Numbered from the whole stretch's first letter, positions 25,650 through 36,952 are shown. The stretch is DNA of 63,533 bases, filler included, from Folioceros fuciformis (GCA_049999805.1; 11 parts of 11 records of this genome joined end to end with filler, not necessarily neighbours in it); one strand, 5' to 3'. The notes: generated from the letters alone by a model not told the origin. Translations and numbers: made by a program.

Positions 25650-26883
25650 TACATTCTCCATTCAACCCGAGCTCATCATGAATATACTTGACCTATTCGA
25701 TGAACCCCATTCTTTTCCTCTTGTCCAGATAGATGTTATGGTCCACAGCTAATACCCTCATTTTCTCTTCTATAAGGCCAGCATAGACGTGGCATTCCAT
25801 CCATTCATACTTATCCTTGGTAGGAAACATCTGATGCAGTTTCTACATAGCTGCAAAACAATGGTTCCCACCAAGCACACCCATGTGATATTGTTGAGGA
25901 GTAATCTTCTCCAAAGAGACGTCCTCCTTCTTTGCCGCCTGCTTGGGGTCTATCATACATAGAAGAGGTAAGACACCTTTCTTCACAGATCCCGCTTACA
26001 TTTGTCTCACCAGACACTTCATCCAGGCTTCATCAACTTCTCTTATCCAAGCATCACAGGTTATGAACAAGGCCAGATGTCAAATGTCCACATGTTAATC
26101 AAACGTTGTTGACCGAATCCTCTTCGAATGCGCTTTCTTCCTTACAGCATTCAAATCGTTCTTATTCTGTGCCAACCTCTCCAGCCTTTCAGAGTTTTAT
26201 TCCAATGCTCAAGTGCTCTTGCTCTACAATATGTATAGTTCTCCCTTTCTTCTTCGTCTTCTGCCTACCTTCAACCAATACTATAAACACAGGTAACCTT
26301 TTCCTTTTCTTCTACGGGGATGTTGCTGCAGCACAAAGTCATTAGTGTCCACGTGAACGTACGCACTGGGTAAAAAGCTTTGGCTATCCACCAAAGGCAT
26401 CTAACAAAAGACACTAAGCAATCACTTGTTGATGATTGAAAGCTATTGCAAAGGTCTTGTGTTGTTGCTTCGCTGGGGAAGCAAAAAGCTTCCGCTGCCG
26501 CACAATTGGTGCACCGGTAGACCAGCGCACCTGCTTCACTCTCGTCTGGAGGGGTGTAATCTCCACAAGTGAATCTGGGGCATTATCTTCCTCCGCACTT
26601 GAAATTCGCCTAGCCTCCTCAACTTTGTTGAGACTATCCTCAGCCAATGAGGACTCCTCCATCTCCTTTCCTTCTTCCTCGTTGTATACTGGTACGTCTG
26701 GGGCTTTGTCTTCAGAAACCTCTGGTTGCATGCGCGGCATTTACTGCCTTTCGATCTCTAACCCTCCTTCATGTGAAACTGTTGGCGCAAATTGCGCTCG
26801 TAAGGATTGCTGCTGGCGATCTCCTACATGCATGGCCACAATTGCCCGGTTCTTCAGCATTGCGTCCCCCACACACTGCATTA
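25650..26883 (-). pseudogene. Decayed gene with an acidic N-terminal exon and a ParB/sulfiredoxin-like domain
   Basis: The minus frame through 26157-25650 reads ...WIREVDEAWMKCLVRQM*AGSVKKGVLPLLCMIDP...QYHMGVLGGNHCFAAM*KLHQMFP..YEWMECHVYAGLIEEKMRVLAVDHN...RMGFIE*V, with GGNH at 25861-25872 and about 5 in-frame stops. An upstream acidic ORF lies at 26414-26740. Confidence 0.68.
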
Positions 26884-27265
26884 TAATTCTACAGAACTAC
26901 TCGCCACCCTATGTGTCGAACACTTCATGACAAATTAGGGTTTTCATGTAAATTACGAACCTAAAATAATCAAACACAGGGACTCATTCTCCGGATGAGA
27001 AGCCTCATATGAAATGGAAGTTAAACCTCTATAGGTTGTTAGGGATGACAGATGAAGGGGGAGATTAGCACGACACGAACTGGGTACAAAAAATGGTTAA
27101 CAGGCAGACTGTTCTATAGAGAGTGGCAAGATGCAGTGGTGTTCTCTGGAACAACGTAGAAAGGATTTTTAGAATGTGGGAGAATCGCGAATTTTCGGAA
27201 CAGGTGAGCATCGCTAGTGCGGGTACGGAAAAAAGAGCCAAGGCGAAGAGGAAGGCTTGAGCTTC

Positions 27266-27415
27266 AGTGCGCCGGTCTATCAGTGCACTAAAGCTCAAGC
27301 TAGTCGGATTGCGCAAGTAGATCGGTGCACTCGTGCTCGTGGCCGTCGGAGTGCTTTGGTCTACCGGCGCACTCGAACTCAAGGCAGCTACAGTGTGCCC
27401 ATCTACCAGCGCACT
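27266..27415. repeat. Array of four 24-bp near-palindromes with an exact 42-bp period
   Basis: Consensus AGTGCGCCGGTCTACCGGCGCACT at 27266, 27308, 27350 and 27392; a fifth copy at 26508-26531. Confidence 0.85.
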
Positions 27416-27494
27416 CCCTTAAGATTTCATTTAACTGAATTTTTTCTGCACATTTATAACGTTTTTGAATATAGACTAACAGGTTCTTTTCGGA

Positions 27495-28288
27495 ATGCAG
27501 AAACTTGTAGACATTACGGACTTAAAGTCTTTACCAAAACCTTTTCAAGATTCTGTATACTCAGCTAAGAATTGGAAAAGAATGAAAGAGGAGAAACAAA
27601 AGTTGGCGGACGCAGGTATGGACACAGGGTTATTGAACTTCAGGGTACTTTCTAGTAACATAAAGGTTAAATATCAGGTTATTCAATGGAATGTTCTGGA
27701 AATGAAGGCATTTCTGGTTAAACGGCCATATACGCTATTATTTGCAGACTTGCCGTGTGACAAGCAGATGAACATCTCCAAGTTAAATGAAATTATTCGG
27801 GGGTTTAGCGAATGCACTTCTAGCACCATTTTTAGGGTTGTCCTGATGCATGGAGTTGATCTCATATTAGAAGCAAGAGAGGCCCTTCAACCATGGTGCA
27901 AGAAGGGGAGTATCCAAACTTTAATGTGGGAGAAGACAAATATACCTCCGAACGTAGGTGGAGTTGAATTGGTGGAATATTTAACTGTGGGTAGTACAGT
28001 GCATAACGATGCCCACGAGTTCAAGGCAGCACTATTTGCGAATCAAGGTTTTCTTCTGCTTGGAGTTATAAGGCATGGAGCAGTGGTGAAGAAACACCTT
28101 TTCCATTCTGGAAATGCCCTAGTCGTCTCCCCGTATCAAAAATCTTAGCATTGATGAGTATGCTCGTGAACATGTTTTCCTCGGAGGGCGATTGGGTAGT
28201 GGATGCATGTGCAAAATCTGGCACTCTTCTTCAAAGTGCCGTTCATAATGGAAGGCATGCGGTTGCAATCGATGTTGACCTCAGTTGA
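27495..28288 (+). pseudogene. Circularly permuted (beta-class) N4-cytosine/N6-adenine DNA methyltransferase-like gene, frameshifted at about 28147
   Basis: Motif IV-like YTLLFADLPC (DLPC at 27747-27758) and MWEKTN..., then PYQKS / ALMSMLVNMFSSEGDWVVDACAKSGTLLQSAVHNGRHAVAIDVD. This matches the N6_N4_Mtase C-terminal pattern (P.QKP..L...LI...S..GD.VLDPF.GSGT...A...GR..IG.D). Confidence 0.82.
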
Positions 28289-28312
28289 CTACTTACATTA
28301 TGCAGCGGGTCA

Positions 28313-28870
28313 TTGGGAGGTACTTGAAAGGGACTAGTACCTTGGGACTGCATTATACTTCCTCTGGCCGACAAGGTTTCACACTGTCCGCCTTTGCTGA
28401 TGCTGACTGCATCTGATGTTGACTCTTGGAAGAGCCTCTCAGCATATGTGTTCTTCCTTGCAAGTGGTGCTGTGAACTGGTCATGCAAGAAGCAAACGCC
28501 TTTGGCGTTGTCGTCAACTGAGGCTGAGTATAAGGCCCTGACAGACACATGCAAAGAGTTAGAGTGGGAAAGGCAGTTTTTGGATGCAGTAAATGTACCC
28601 CAGCCTGGCCCGACTACTCTCTTGTGTGACAATATGTCAGTTATCTCGCTTGTGGCCAATCCGAGGTTTCATGCGAGGACTAAGCATATTGAGTTATATC
28701 ATCACTACATTCGTGATGTGGCTGAAAGAGGGATAGTGCAAGTACAAAATGTTAGTACAAATGAGAACACAACTGATGTTTTTACTAAGGGTCTCTCAAA
28801 GGAGAAACATTACAAGCCTCTGGCGGCTTTAAGTCTAAGGGTCTTCACCATCCCTACACCCAGTGTCTAA
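28313..28870 (+). pseudogene. pol: Element Y end of RT and RNase H
   Basis: RYLKGTSTLGLHY, FADAD, WSCKKQTPLALSSTEAEY, CDNMSVI, RFHARTKHIELYHHYIRD, DVFTKGL. Confidence 0.93.
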
Positions 28871-29059
28871 CCTACCTAGTTTGATGCCACAGGGCAGGAG
28901 TATTGTCCGAGTAATAAATTCCCACTAGCTAGTCTAGGTCAGGACTGATTTCTTCTTTCCCTGCACATTGCATTTCGAAACATGGCACACTCAGTGGATG
29001 AAGCAAAAAGGTCTAGAATCAAATTGTGAGTTGTGCCACAAGTCTTACCTTTCTACTTG

Positions 29060-29461
29060 TCATGCTAATTGTTTACTGAAGGTTTTGCAAACGTAGCCAA
29101 GGGTCTCCATGTTTCTTGCCATTACCATACACTCTTCAGGAGTCATCACTCGAGATACCTTTGAGCCCATAGGCTCGTTTATCATGAGTTCCTCCAGTTC
29201 GCAAGTGCGCATCCTAGTTGTCTTGAGTAGGGACCTCAGTTCGTTGCACTTCTCCAAGGTCTTGTGCAGATGCCACAGTAGGTCTCTGTCGGCCGTAGTC
29301 AATGGTCCTGTTTTCTTTGTTCCAGGAACTGATGCTGAGGGAGCTGTGGCAGCGGCAAGCCTGATGTGGGGAGTCTCCATCCTGCTGGAAATGTTCTTGC
29401 TGACTTCCTCCATCTCCAGAGTCACTCCGCCACTCTCCTTGAGCTACTGAATTTCTTCCAT
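29060..29461 (-). CDS. Antisense accessory ORF in the element Y 3' region, one early stop; function unknown
   Basis: Contains ADRDLLWHLHKTLEKCNELRSLLKTTRMRTCELEELM, 18/37 identical by manual alignment to the antisense ORF at 60469-60747. Confidence 0.6.
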
Positions 29462-30109
29462 CGCTGCCTGCACCTAAAGCTAGAATCCCAAGCAAGACAA
29501 CTATAGTTGTTCCCCTCATAGCTGAGCTTGGTTTTTCAAGGGCATCCGCCATTACTGAAGCAGCCTAAGCGACAGTCATGAGAGGGAGTTGTTCGAGCTA
29601 AGCACTCAAGTGAAGCGTGCGTTTCTTTAAGGCTCTCTGCTGTAACCCTCACAGGTTAAGAGGGAGTGTTGAAGTAATAATTGGTTTAACCTGCTTAGGT
29701 TACACATACATTTATACTTAGGTGTAACCTGGACTAGGGTTATCCATACACTTGACTATTTAAACATTATGTCTCTCAGATATTATTTGAATTGCTATTA
29801 TTTGATCAAGCAAATGTCAAAAAGTCTTATGATTATTGATATTGATACCATCTGCACCAACTTTATGGAGAAAGACACCGCAGCCCATGGTGCTTCAAAC
29901 ACTGAGAGCGCTTCTCATTAAGAGAAGGCACAACTCAAGCTTATGCAAGATGTCTCAGACTCGGAGTCAGAGAATGAAGTGTATAACCTTTCATTTCTGT
30001 TTGAGCCTGTAGATTATTCCTTGTGGGATTTTTCTCCTGAAGCCCTCTTGCATAGAGCTAGTCAGTTGAACATCAACCTTGTAATTCCTGGAACCATCGG
30101 AACATTTAC

Positions 30110-33100
30110 CTCCTCTCAAGATTGAATTCAAAGATAAAGATAGGTTTAATGGTATTGATTACAATATATGGGCTTTAAGAGTCACCCAAATTCTAGAAGA
30201 GAATGAGCTTATGGAGATTGCAGATGGGTCAGACCCAGTAGTGAAAATTCCAGCTAGAACTGCAGATAAGCAGCTTGATTGGGATCACAAAGATAGGCGT
30301 GCTAGGTCTATTCTTATATCTTCTCTGGATAGAAACATGATTCCTCACACTATAGGTGTCGTTTATGCTACTGATGTCTGGGAAGTGTTTAAGCAGATCT
30401 TCCAGGATAAAAGCTCAGCTTCCCTGATACACTTGTATAGGGACTTCTTTAATTTAAGGATGAAAGAAGGAGAGCCAGTCGAAGCTTACATAAACAAGTT
30501 TCGGACTTGTAGAGCCAATTTGGCCTACTGTGGAAACATCTTCACCGAGGTACAAGGTACAAGCTACTGTCAGCTTGCTAGCCTCACTCCCAAAAAGCTA
30601 CCAGAATTTTGTTGGAAGCCAGAATGCAACCATTTGTGCAGCAGTCCAAGCAGCGGGTGCAAGCAACACATCTGACATCACTCTTGAAGAAGTTTTGGGT
30701 GCACTCCTCTCTGAAGAGCGTGCACATGATCTTCACAAGACACGTGGAGCCACAACAAGCAACTCAAGAGTGCTTTTTTCTTCAAGAGGCAGAGGCAGTT
30801 TTCGTGGACGAGGCAGAGGCAGAGGCAGGAGTCAGGGCTATCCATCACCTGTACAGGAGCAGAGTTTCCTCAACACTTAGAAGAAATCCTTCCTATGTAA
30901 CTGGTGGCGGATTCCTCGACACTTCGAGAGGGATTGCAAAAAGAAAAGGGTTGGTGAGCCACGTAGAGGTACTCCCAACCTAGAATCAAACCTTGCTTTC
31001 TCCAAAGCTAAGTCACCAACCATTCTCTTCGCAAAAAAAAAAAGTCACCAACCATTCTAGCAGCTTGTTTGTCTTTTATTTTAGTTCCAAAGGATACTTG
31101 GTTTTTAGACTCTGGGGCTACCAACCACATATGTCATGATAAACGTTCCTTTTATGTCTTTAAGCCTACATCTGATAAATTGTTTGTACTTATAGGAGAT
31201 GATGGGGCCTCTCTATAAAAGGATGTGGATCAGTTATCATTCAATTTTTCCAACTTGGATAGCATGATTCTTATTGGAGTACTCTATGTTCCCTCTATGA
31301 CCAAAAATCTGATGTGTGTTTTAAATGTCTCTTAAGAGCACATGTGTCAGACTTGTTTTGATCATAGTGGTTGCTGCATGTATCTTCTGGTCAAGAATTG
31401 TTTTTAGGTCAACCCTTTAACAACCTGTACGTGCTGAATGTTAAATCTGTTCCGCCTAGTTCACCCTCTGCAAATATGGTCCAACCCCCTTCCACTATGC
31501 AATTATGGCATTGTCACCATGGCCATGTGAATTTCTTGTGTCTTTCCTTCTTAGTAAACAGTGAGAGTTATAGCGATTCTTTTAAGTTTGCCCACATAGA
31601 TGATCCTTTTTGTGATTCATGTGAGATGAGCAAGGCTCTTTCACAGCCATTTTCTGATAAGGAACCAATTCGAGCCACCAGCTTATTGGAGACAATTCAC
31701 AATGATATATGTGGGCCAATCTCAACTCCAGCCTTTGGAGGAGCATGTTACTTCGTCACATTTATAGACGAATGGAGCCGATACTCTACAGTCTATCTGC
31801 TCAAACACAAGAGTGAAGCATTGGAATGTTTTCAATCCTTTGTCAGACATGCTTAGCGGCATATAGGAGCCGAAGTTTGTATTATCTACACCGACAATGG
31901 TGGAGAATACACCAGCAATGATTTCAAGGATTTGTATGAGGCTGAAGGGATCAAACACCAATTCACAGTGCCCTATACTCCTTCACATAACTCTTTTGTT
32001 GAAATGAAGAATGGCATGCTACAAGAGGCAACTTTGGCAAGTATGCTGTTTGTTGGCCATTTTCATGGGTACTGGGGAGAGGCTCTCATGGGCACCAACT
32101 ACATTCAGAATCAACTCCCAAGTAAGGAGCTTGGTTCTATCACTCCATACAAGAGGTGAACTGGCAAGAAACCCATAATTTCTCAATTACGAGTGTTTGG
32201 ATCTCCCGCATATGATCTTATTCCTGCTGAGTTGCGCACCAAGCTAGATCCCAAAGCACATTGTCAAATTTTTGTTGGGTATTCTAATGAGGTAAAGGGA
32301 TATAAGCTCTTTGACCCTGCCATCCGGACACTGACCATATCTCATAGTGTGGTGTTTCATAAGAAAGCTCTCCTTCGACGACATACTCGCCAGTCTCTTC
32401 CTCAAGCCCCCGAAGAAGGTCTTTCCTATCAAGGTGTGCTTGATACTGAAGACTCTGTTGACCACGATGATGTTACTATTTTTGACGACGAGGATGAGCT
32501 TCAGGCTTCAGTGGGGGCAGACGTGCACCATCATCAACCTGAGCAACAACAACAACCTGTTCAACTAGTAGTTGCTCCAACTACTGATGAAGGTGTAGTT
32601 ACTCCTCCTGCTGATGTAGATGAAGCTAGTGATGGTGTTGATCACCAGCTAGCTGCAGATGAACCTGCAGAAGCTCCCTCTCTTCGTTGTCCATCTAGAG
32701 TACGTCGCCACTATAGTGAATGGCAACCAGACTATGTAGCAGGTGTTGCCTCTACATACCCTCTATCTCTTGCTTATGTACGTTTACAAGTTGGTTTCTA
32801 AAAAGAAACTAAACACATACGGCAGTGTAAGTCGATACAAAGCTAGGTTAGTTGCCAAGGGATATAGCCAAGTGCCAAGCTTAGACATCAATGAGACTTT
32901 TGCTCAATAGTGAAGTCTACGTCTATAAGAATTCTCCTAGCACTTGCAGCCCAGTTTAATCTCACACTTCACTAACTCGACGTAAAGACTACCTTCCTCC
33001 ATGGACTTCTTGAAGAAGAAATCTACATGTCACAAACCAGAAGGATATATCAAGGATCCCGGCAAGGTACTCAAGCTCTTGAAGACATTGTATGGGTTGA

Positions 33101-34204
33101 AACAGTCGTCCAGAGCATGGAATGAAGTCTTCCATCACGTGCTCGTAGAATTAGGTTTCGTGCCTCTTAATGCAGACACTAGTGTTTATATTCTGAGGGA
33201 TGGGCCAGATTTTCTTATTCTGACAGTACACGTAGATGATAATATCCTTTTAGTACTTCTGTTCCTTTGTTGGAAAGGATTAAAAAGGTCCTGCTATCTA
33301 GGTTTGAGATGTCATATTTAGGTGAACTCTTATTCTCATTAGGTGTCCAATTTCACTTCAACCACGCTGGACATTCCATAGATATTCATCAAGAACACTT
33401 TGTTCAGAAACTATTAAAAAGGTTCAAGTTAGAAGATGCTAAACCCGTAGCTACACCCATGGCAGTAGGAGATAAGCTCTTTAAAGAGCAATGTCTATCC
33501 ACATAAGAAGAGAAACTTGAGATGTCTAGAATTCCCTACAGACAGGAGTTGGGTGCTTGCTTTACTTGGCTGGATGGACTAGACTTGATATCAGTCAGGT
33601 TATAAGCAACGTGAGCCAGCTTTTAGAAAATCTGGGCATGGTGCACTGGACTGCAGTAAAGAGAGTGCTAAGATACCTCAAAGGGACTTCTCGTAAGGGT
33701 CTAAGGTACTCTAGACAGCTTGATGGTCTCCAACTCTAAGCATTCTGATTGGGCAGGAGACCCGGATACTAGGAAAAGTGTTGCTACATATTGTTGCTTT
33801 CTTAGAGGATCTGTAGTGTCATGGTCCAGTAAGAGGACCACTATTTGCCTTTCAAGCATGGAGGTCGAATATGGTGCCATATCTTAGGTTGCCCGAGAAA
33901 TATTATGGATTAGAAGTTTTGTCAAAGGACTTGGGCAACTAGGAGCTGGTGTGATAATCAATCAGTGATTGCCTTATCACATAATCGCGTTTTCCATGCA
34001 AGAAGTAAGCATATTGAAATATCACATCACTTTCTTCGACAAGTGGTTGAACATAAGGAAGTAGAGGTAGAGTTTATCTCTACAAGTGAGAATATCGCAG
34101 ACCTCCTCACAAAGGCTCTTCCTAAGTATAAACATGAAAGGCACACTTTAGCTGCAGGTGTGCAGCAGATCCCTGTAGTAGCAAAGGCAGGAACAAACCA
34201 CTAG
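30110..34204 (+). pseudogene. pol: Element X gag-pol, heavily decayed
   Basis: Gag DKDRFNG..YNIW...RMKEGEPVEAYINKF; protease [87 protein letters not shown]. Confidence 0.92.
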
Positions 34205-35672
34205 ACTTTTTTATTCTAGATTATCCCTAAGTGGGAGCGATGTGAGGGTGATGATGTACTCCTTTCTTGTTTCTTCTATTTGTCCTTCACCCCATCTTTG
34301 CTTTGAGGTTTTTCTACAAGCTTTTTATCATCCGAGTTAGGGGGGAGTTGAGTCCCCATAAACCTAGTCAAGTCTGCAAAGGAAGGTAGAAAGCCCATAC
34401 CTTTTGGTTCTCCAGGGAAGACTTTATAAAAGTCCTCTCTTTTAGCGACATAGAGCTTCCTTGGTATTCCCTCTGCATCCAAGTTCTGTTCCTTCCTAGC
34501 AGTTCTAGCTTGAGGAGTTTCTGTGAAGCTAGTAGACCTCACAGGTGCTTCAAAGGCAACAATGATAGGAGCCTTACTATGCATAGCATGGAGATGGGAG
34601 GAGCGTTCAAAAAATCTCCTCATAGGAACCTAGATTCTTGCACACCCAAGACACCGGAGACCACGTTGGAGCTGGGAGTCCATGACAATGAAGATAGGAG
34701 AGATGGCTACTGCGAACAGGCTTGTTACTTTATGGGAGCTGGAGGAGTTGAGGAGCATAAGTTCAAGATCATGAAGATGCTTTCACGCTTTCCTTAGCAT
34801 ATGCAGTACATGGACTCGTGTCTTGTTGCACATGTAGTATTAAATCCAAGCATATGGAATGAAACCCCTTATGCTTCAGGTTTTGAATGCCACCACTACT
34901 ACCTTGATAGTACATTCATGTACCAAATGCTCACTAAGTGGGAGTATTGGGATTTGCATGTTTAGTAAACGTGCTTTACCTCATATTACTATAGCAGTTG
35001 TGGTAGTTCGCATTTGCAGTTGTAGTTGTTACCATTTTGAGACTATTTAAGAACCATCTCTAACCTCTCTTTACATGTGTCTGTGCATTCCTTGTTCGCC
35101 AGCCACGGCCTGTCATCCGTTCTTAGCACTATGCAGAAGCTCCTGATTTCTTTAGATTTCTTTAGTTGGTTGATGCGGAGTATAAGAGGTCAGCGAGCTA
35201 AGGAGAAGTAGCGGCTTGTTTGACTGGAGTAGGTAGGCCCTTTCATATTCCTGACCATGAAATTGTATGGGCGCCATTGGTAATTTGAAGAGGCTCGGGA
35301 GGACCGTGGGCCAGTCCCCGCCTTTGGTGCCCTTGAGGTTGATTCTTTCCGTCTTTCCGGGACGGGTGGTTTCCATCGTTTTTTTTATAATAAAGTTTTT
35401 ATATCTCTCGCTCGTATGATTGTAATAAATCAATCTATGTTGCAGCATTTTTGTGGGAATAATGAGTGTACGTATGGCAAGGCGGGGATGCATGTGAGGC
35501 GGAGAGCAACAAATATTTAGATATTGCCGTTATCCGGAATTGACAGAGCGGGCCAACGGGTTGGCAGGCCCACAGCTCTACATTTGCACTGGGGTAGCGC
35601 GCTGCGGGCTGGGCAGGTTTAGAGTGGGTGCCGTGTTCCGGACACTCCAGGCCTATACGGCCCGGCCGCACT

Positions 35673-35772
35673 NNNNNNNNNNNNNNNNNNNNNNNNNNNN
35701 NNNNNNNNNNNNNNNNTTAATTAATTAANNNNNNNNNNNNNNNNNNNNNNNNNNNNNNNNNNNNNNNNNNNN
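35673..35772. other. Artificial contig spacer
   Basis: N44-TTAATTAATTAA-N44. Confidence 0.99.
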
Positions 35773-36102
35773 GTTAAATAACCGCTTGTAACTTTAATAA
35801 TCCTAAGTAAACTGAAACTATCCAAAACCAAACTAGGAACTAGGATTAGGAACTAGGGGTTTTTATAGCCTGGTACCGAACCTAAACCTTCCCAGGTCTG
35901 GGACCAAACCTATACCCACTCTTATAACCAAACCAACTATTTCCTGGTCAATTAACTTAATTAGCACAAAGAAAAATAGGAAAAATGACCAAAAAATCAA
36001 GGAAAATTAGGGAAAATAAGTTGAAAAAGAAAACCAAACCATACCACTATTAACCCTTTTTCAACCAAAACAGACTACTACCCCAAACTTTGGAGGTTCA
36101 CA
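35773..36102 (-). mobile_element. Terminus of LTR family C inserted into LTR family B
   Basis: About 235 bp shared with 52066-52302 and, reverse-complemented, with 59837-60066. All three stop at the same base (...GAGGTTCACA on the plus strand here). Orientation is inferred by analogy with the LTR-A start. Confidence 0.8.
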
Positions 36103-36877
36103 ACCTGCAGTGTGTTGCCGGCTGTGCAACGTCTGGTAGGATCGCAAGCCGCGTGTTGCCGGCTGTACAGTGTCTGGTAGGATCGCAGGCAGCGTGTTGC
36201 CGGCTGTACAGTGTCTAGTAGGATCGCGGGCAGCGTGTTGCCGGTTGTATAGTGTCTGGTAGGATCACAAGGTGTAATGACCAGGGTGAAGGGGCTTGCC
36301 CCTAGCTCTTGATTGTAAAGGATGTTTCTTTCTCTCGACCTGTCCACTCTTGTTCCTTGCTTGGACAAGTGTTGTAGGCCGGCCATGTCTCATGGCGTTT
36401 GGTAAGGTTGTGGGGGGAGATATCCAAGAGGGGAGTGTGTTCCCTTCTTTCTTTTCTTTGGGGTTAGTCTAGTGACTCTTGCCGGGTAGGAGGAGTCCGT
36501 AGGGAAGTGTAGAAGGTATTGGTGTCGTTGCTGGTTGCTGGTGTTGGTGCTCGAGTGAGAGAGTGAGTGAAGTGTGTGAGGGAAGTCGCAGATCTGAGAG
36601 GTTAGAGTCGTTGTAGTGACTGGAGTGAGTTTGTGGGCACCGAGAGAGGTGCAGCTGACCGCTGGACGGCGAGGTCCGTCCTACACCTGATCGGAGCTGG
36701 AGGGGAGCCCTTGAATCCATCATCGAGTCGATCAAGTCCGACCCTTCATCCACAGCAGCAAGGAACCCCATCGCTCCTTCGTGGGAACGAAACTCAATGT
36801 CTCAACGACAGTGGGATAAGTGTGGCCACTAAAGGTGGAACCCGTTGGCAATCAGTGCCCGGGGTTTTGCCTCCACA
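36103..36877 (+). mobile_element. 5' LTR (family B, 3' part) with four 41-bp tandem units at 36112-36272
   Basis: Ends CTCCACA and is followed by a PBS and gag. Confidence 0.88.
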
Positions 36878-36881
36878 TTTT

Positions 36882-36898
36882 TGGCCCATTGCCGGGGA
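36882..36898 (+). promoter_or_regulatory. Degenerate tRNA-Asp primer binding site
   Basis: TGGCCCATTGCCGGGGA versus canonical TGGCGCCGTTGCCGGGGA. Confidence 0.8.
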
Positions 36899-36952
36899 GC
36901 GGCTTGGGAGTTTCTTTTGCTGATTGGATGGAGAGTCTAAGTTGTCCTGTAG

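Larger units (their letters stand above)
21055..29801 (+). mobile_element. Ty1/copia element Y nested in the leader of element X
   Basis: 5' LTR 21055-21225 (TGTTGA...TTTACA); PBS-iMet TGGTATCAGAGC at 21226-21237; PPT AAGAGGGAG; 3' LTR 29667-29801, truncated at its right end. Confidence 0.9.
20483..35164 (+). mobile_element. Ty1/copia element X (outer, old), containing nested element Y
   Basis: Diverged LTR pair at 20483-~20695 and 34945-35164; PPT AAGTGGGAG before the 3' LTR; 5-bp TSD GTTGG at 20478-20482 and 35165-35169; decayed PBS TGTTGATCAGAG after the 5' LTR. Confidence 0.82.

Noticed and set aside
27266-27415. CRISPR array interpretation of the repeat-spacer pattern
   Set aside because: The context is eukaryotic with no cas genes. 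The repeats are degenerate and one is flipped, and the spacers are only 18 bp and partly similar to each other.
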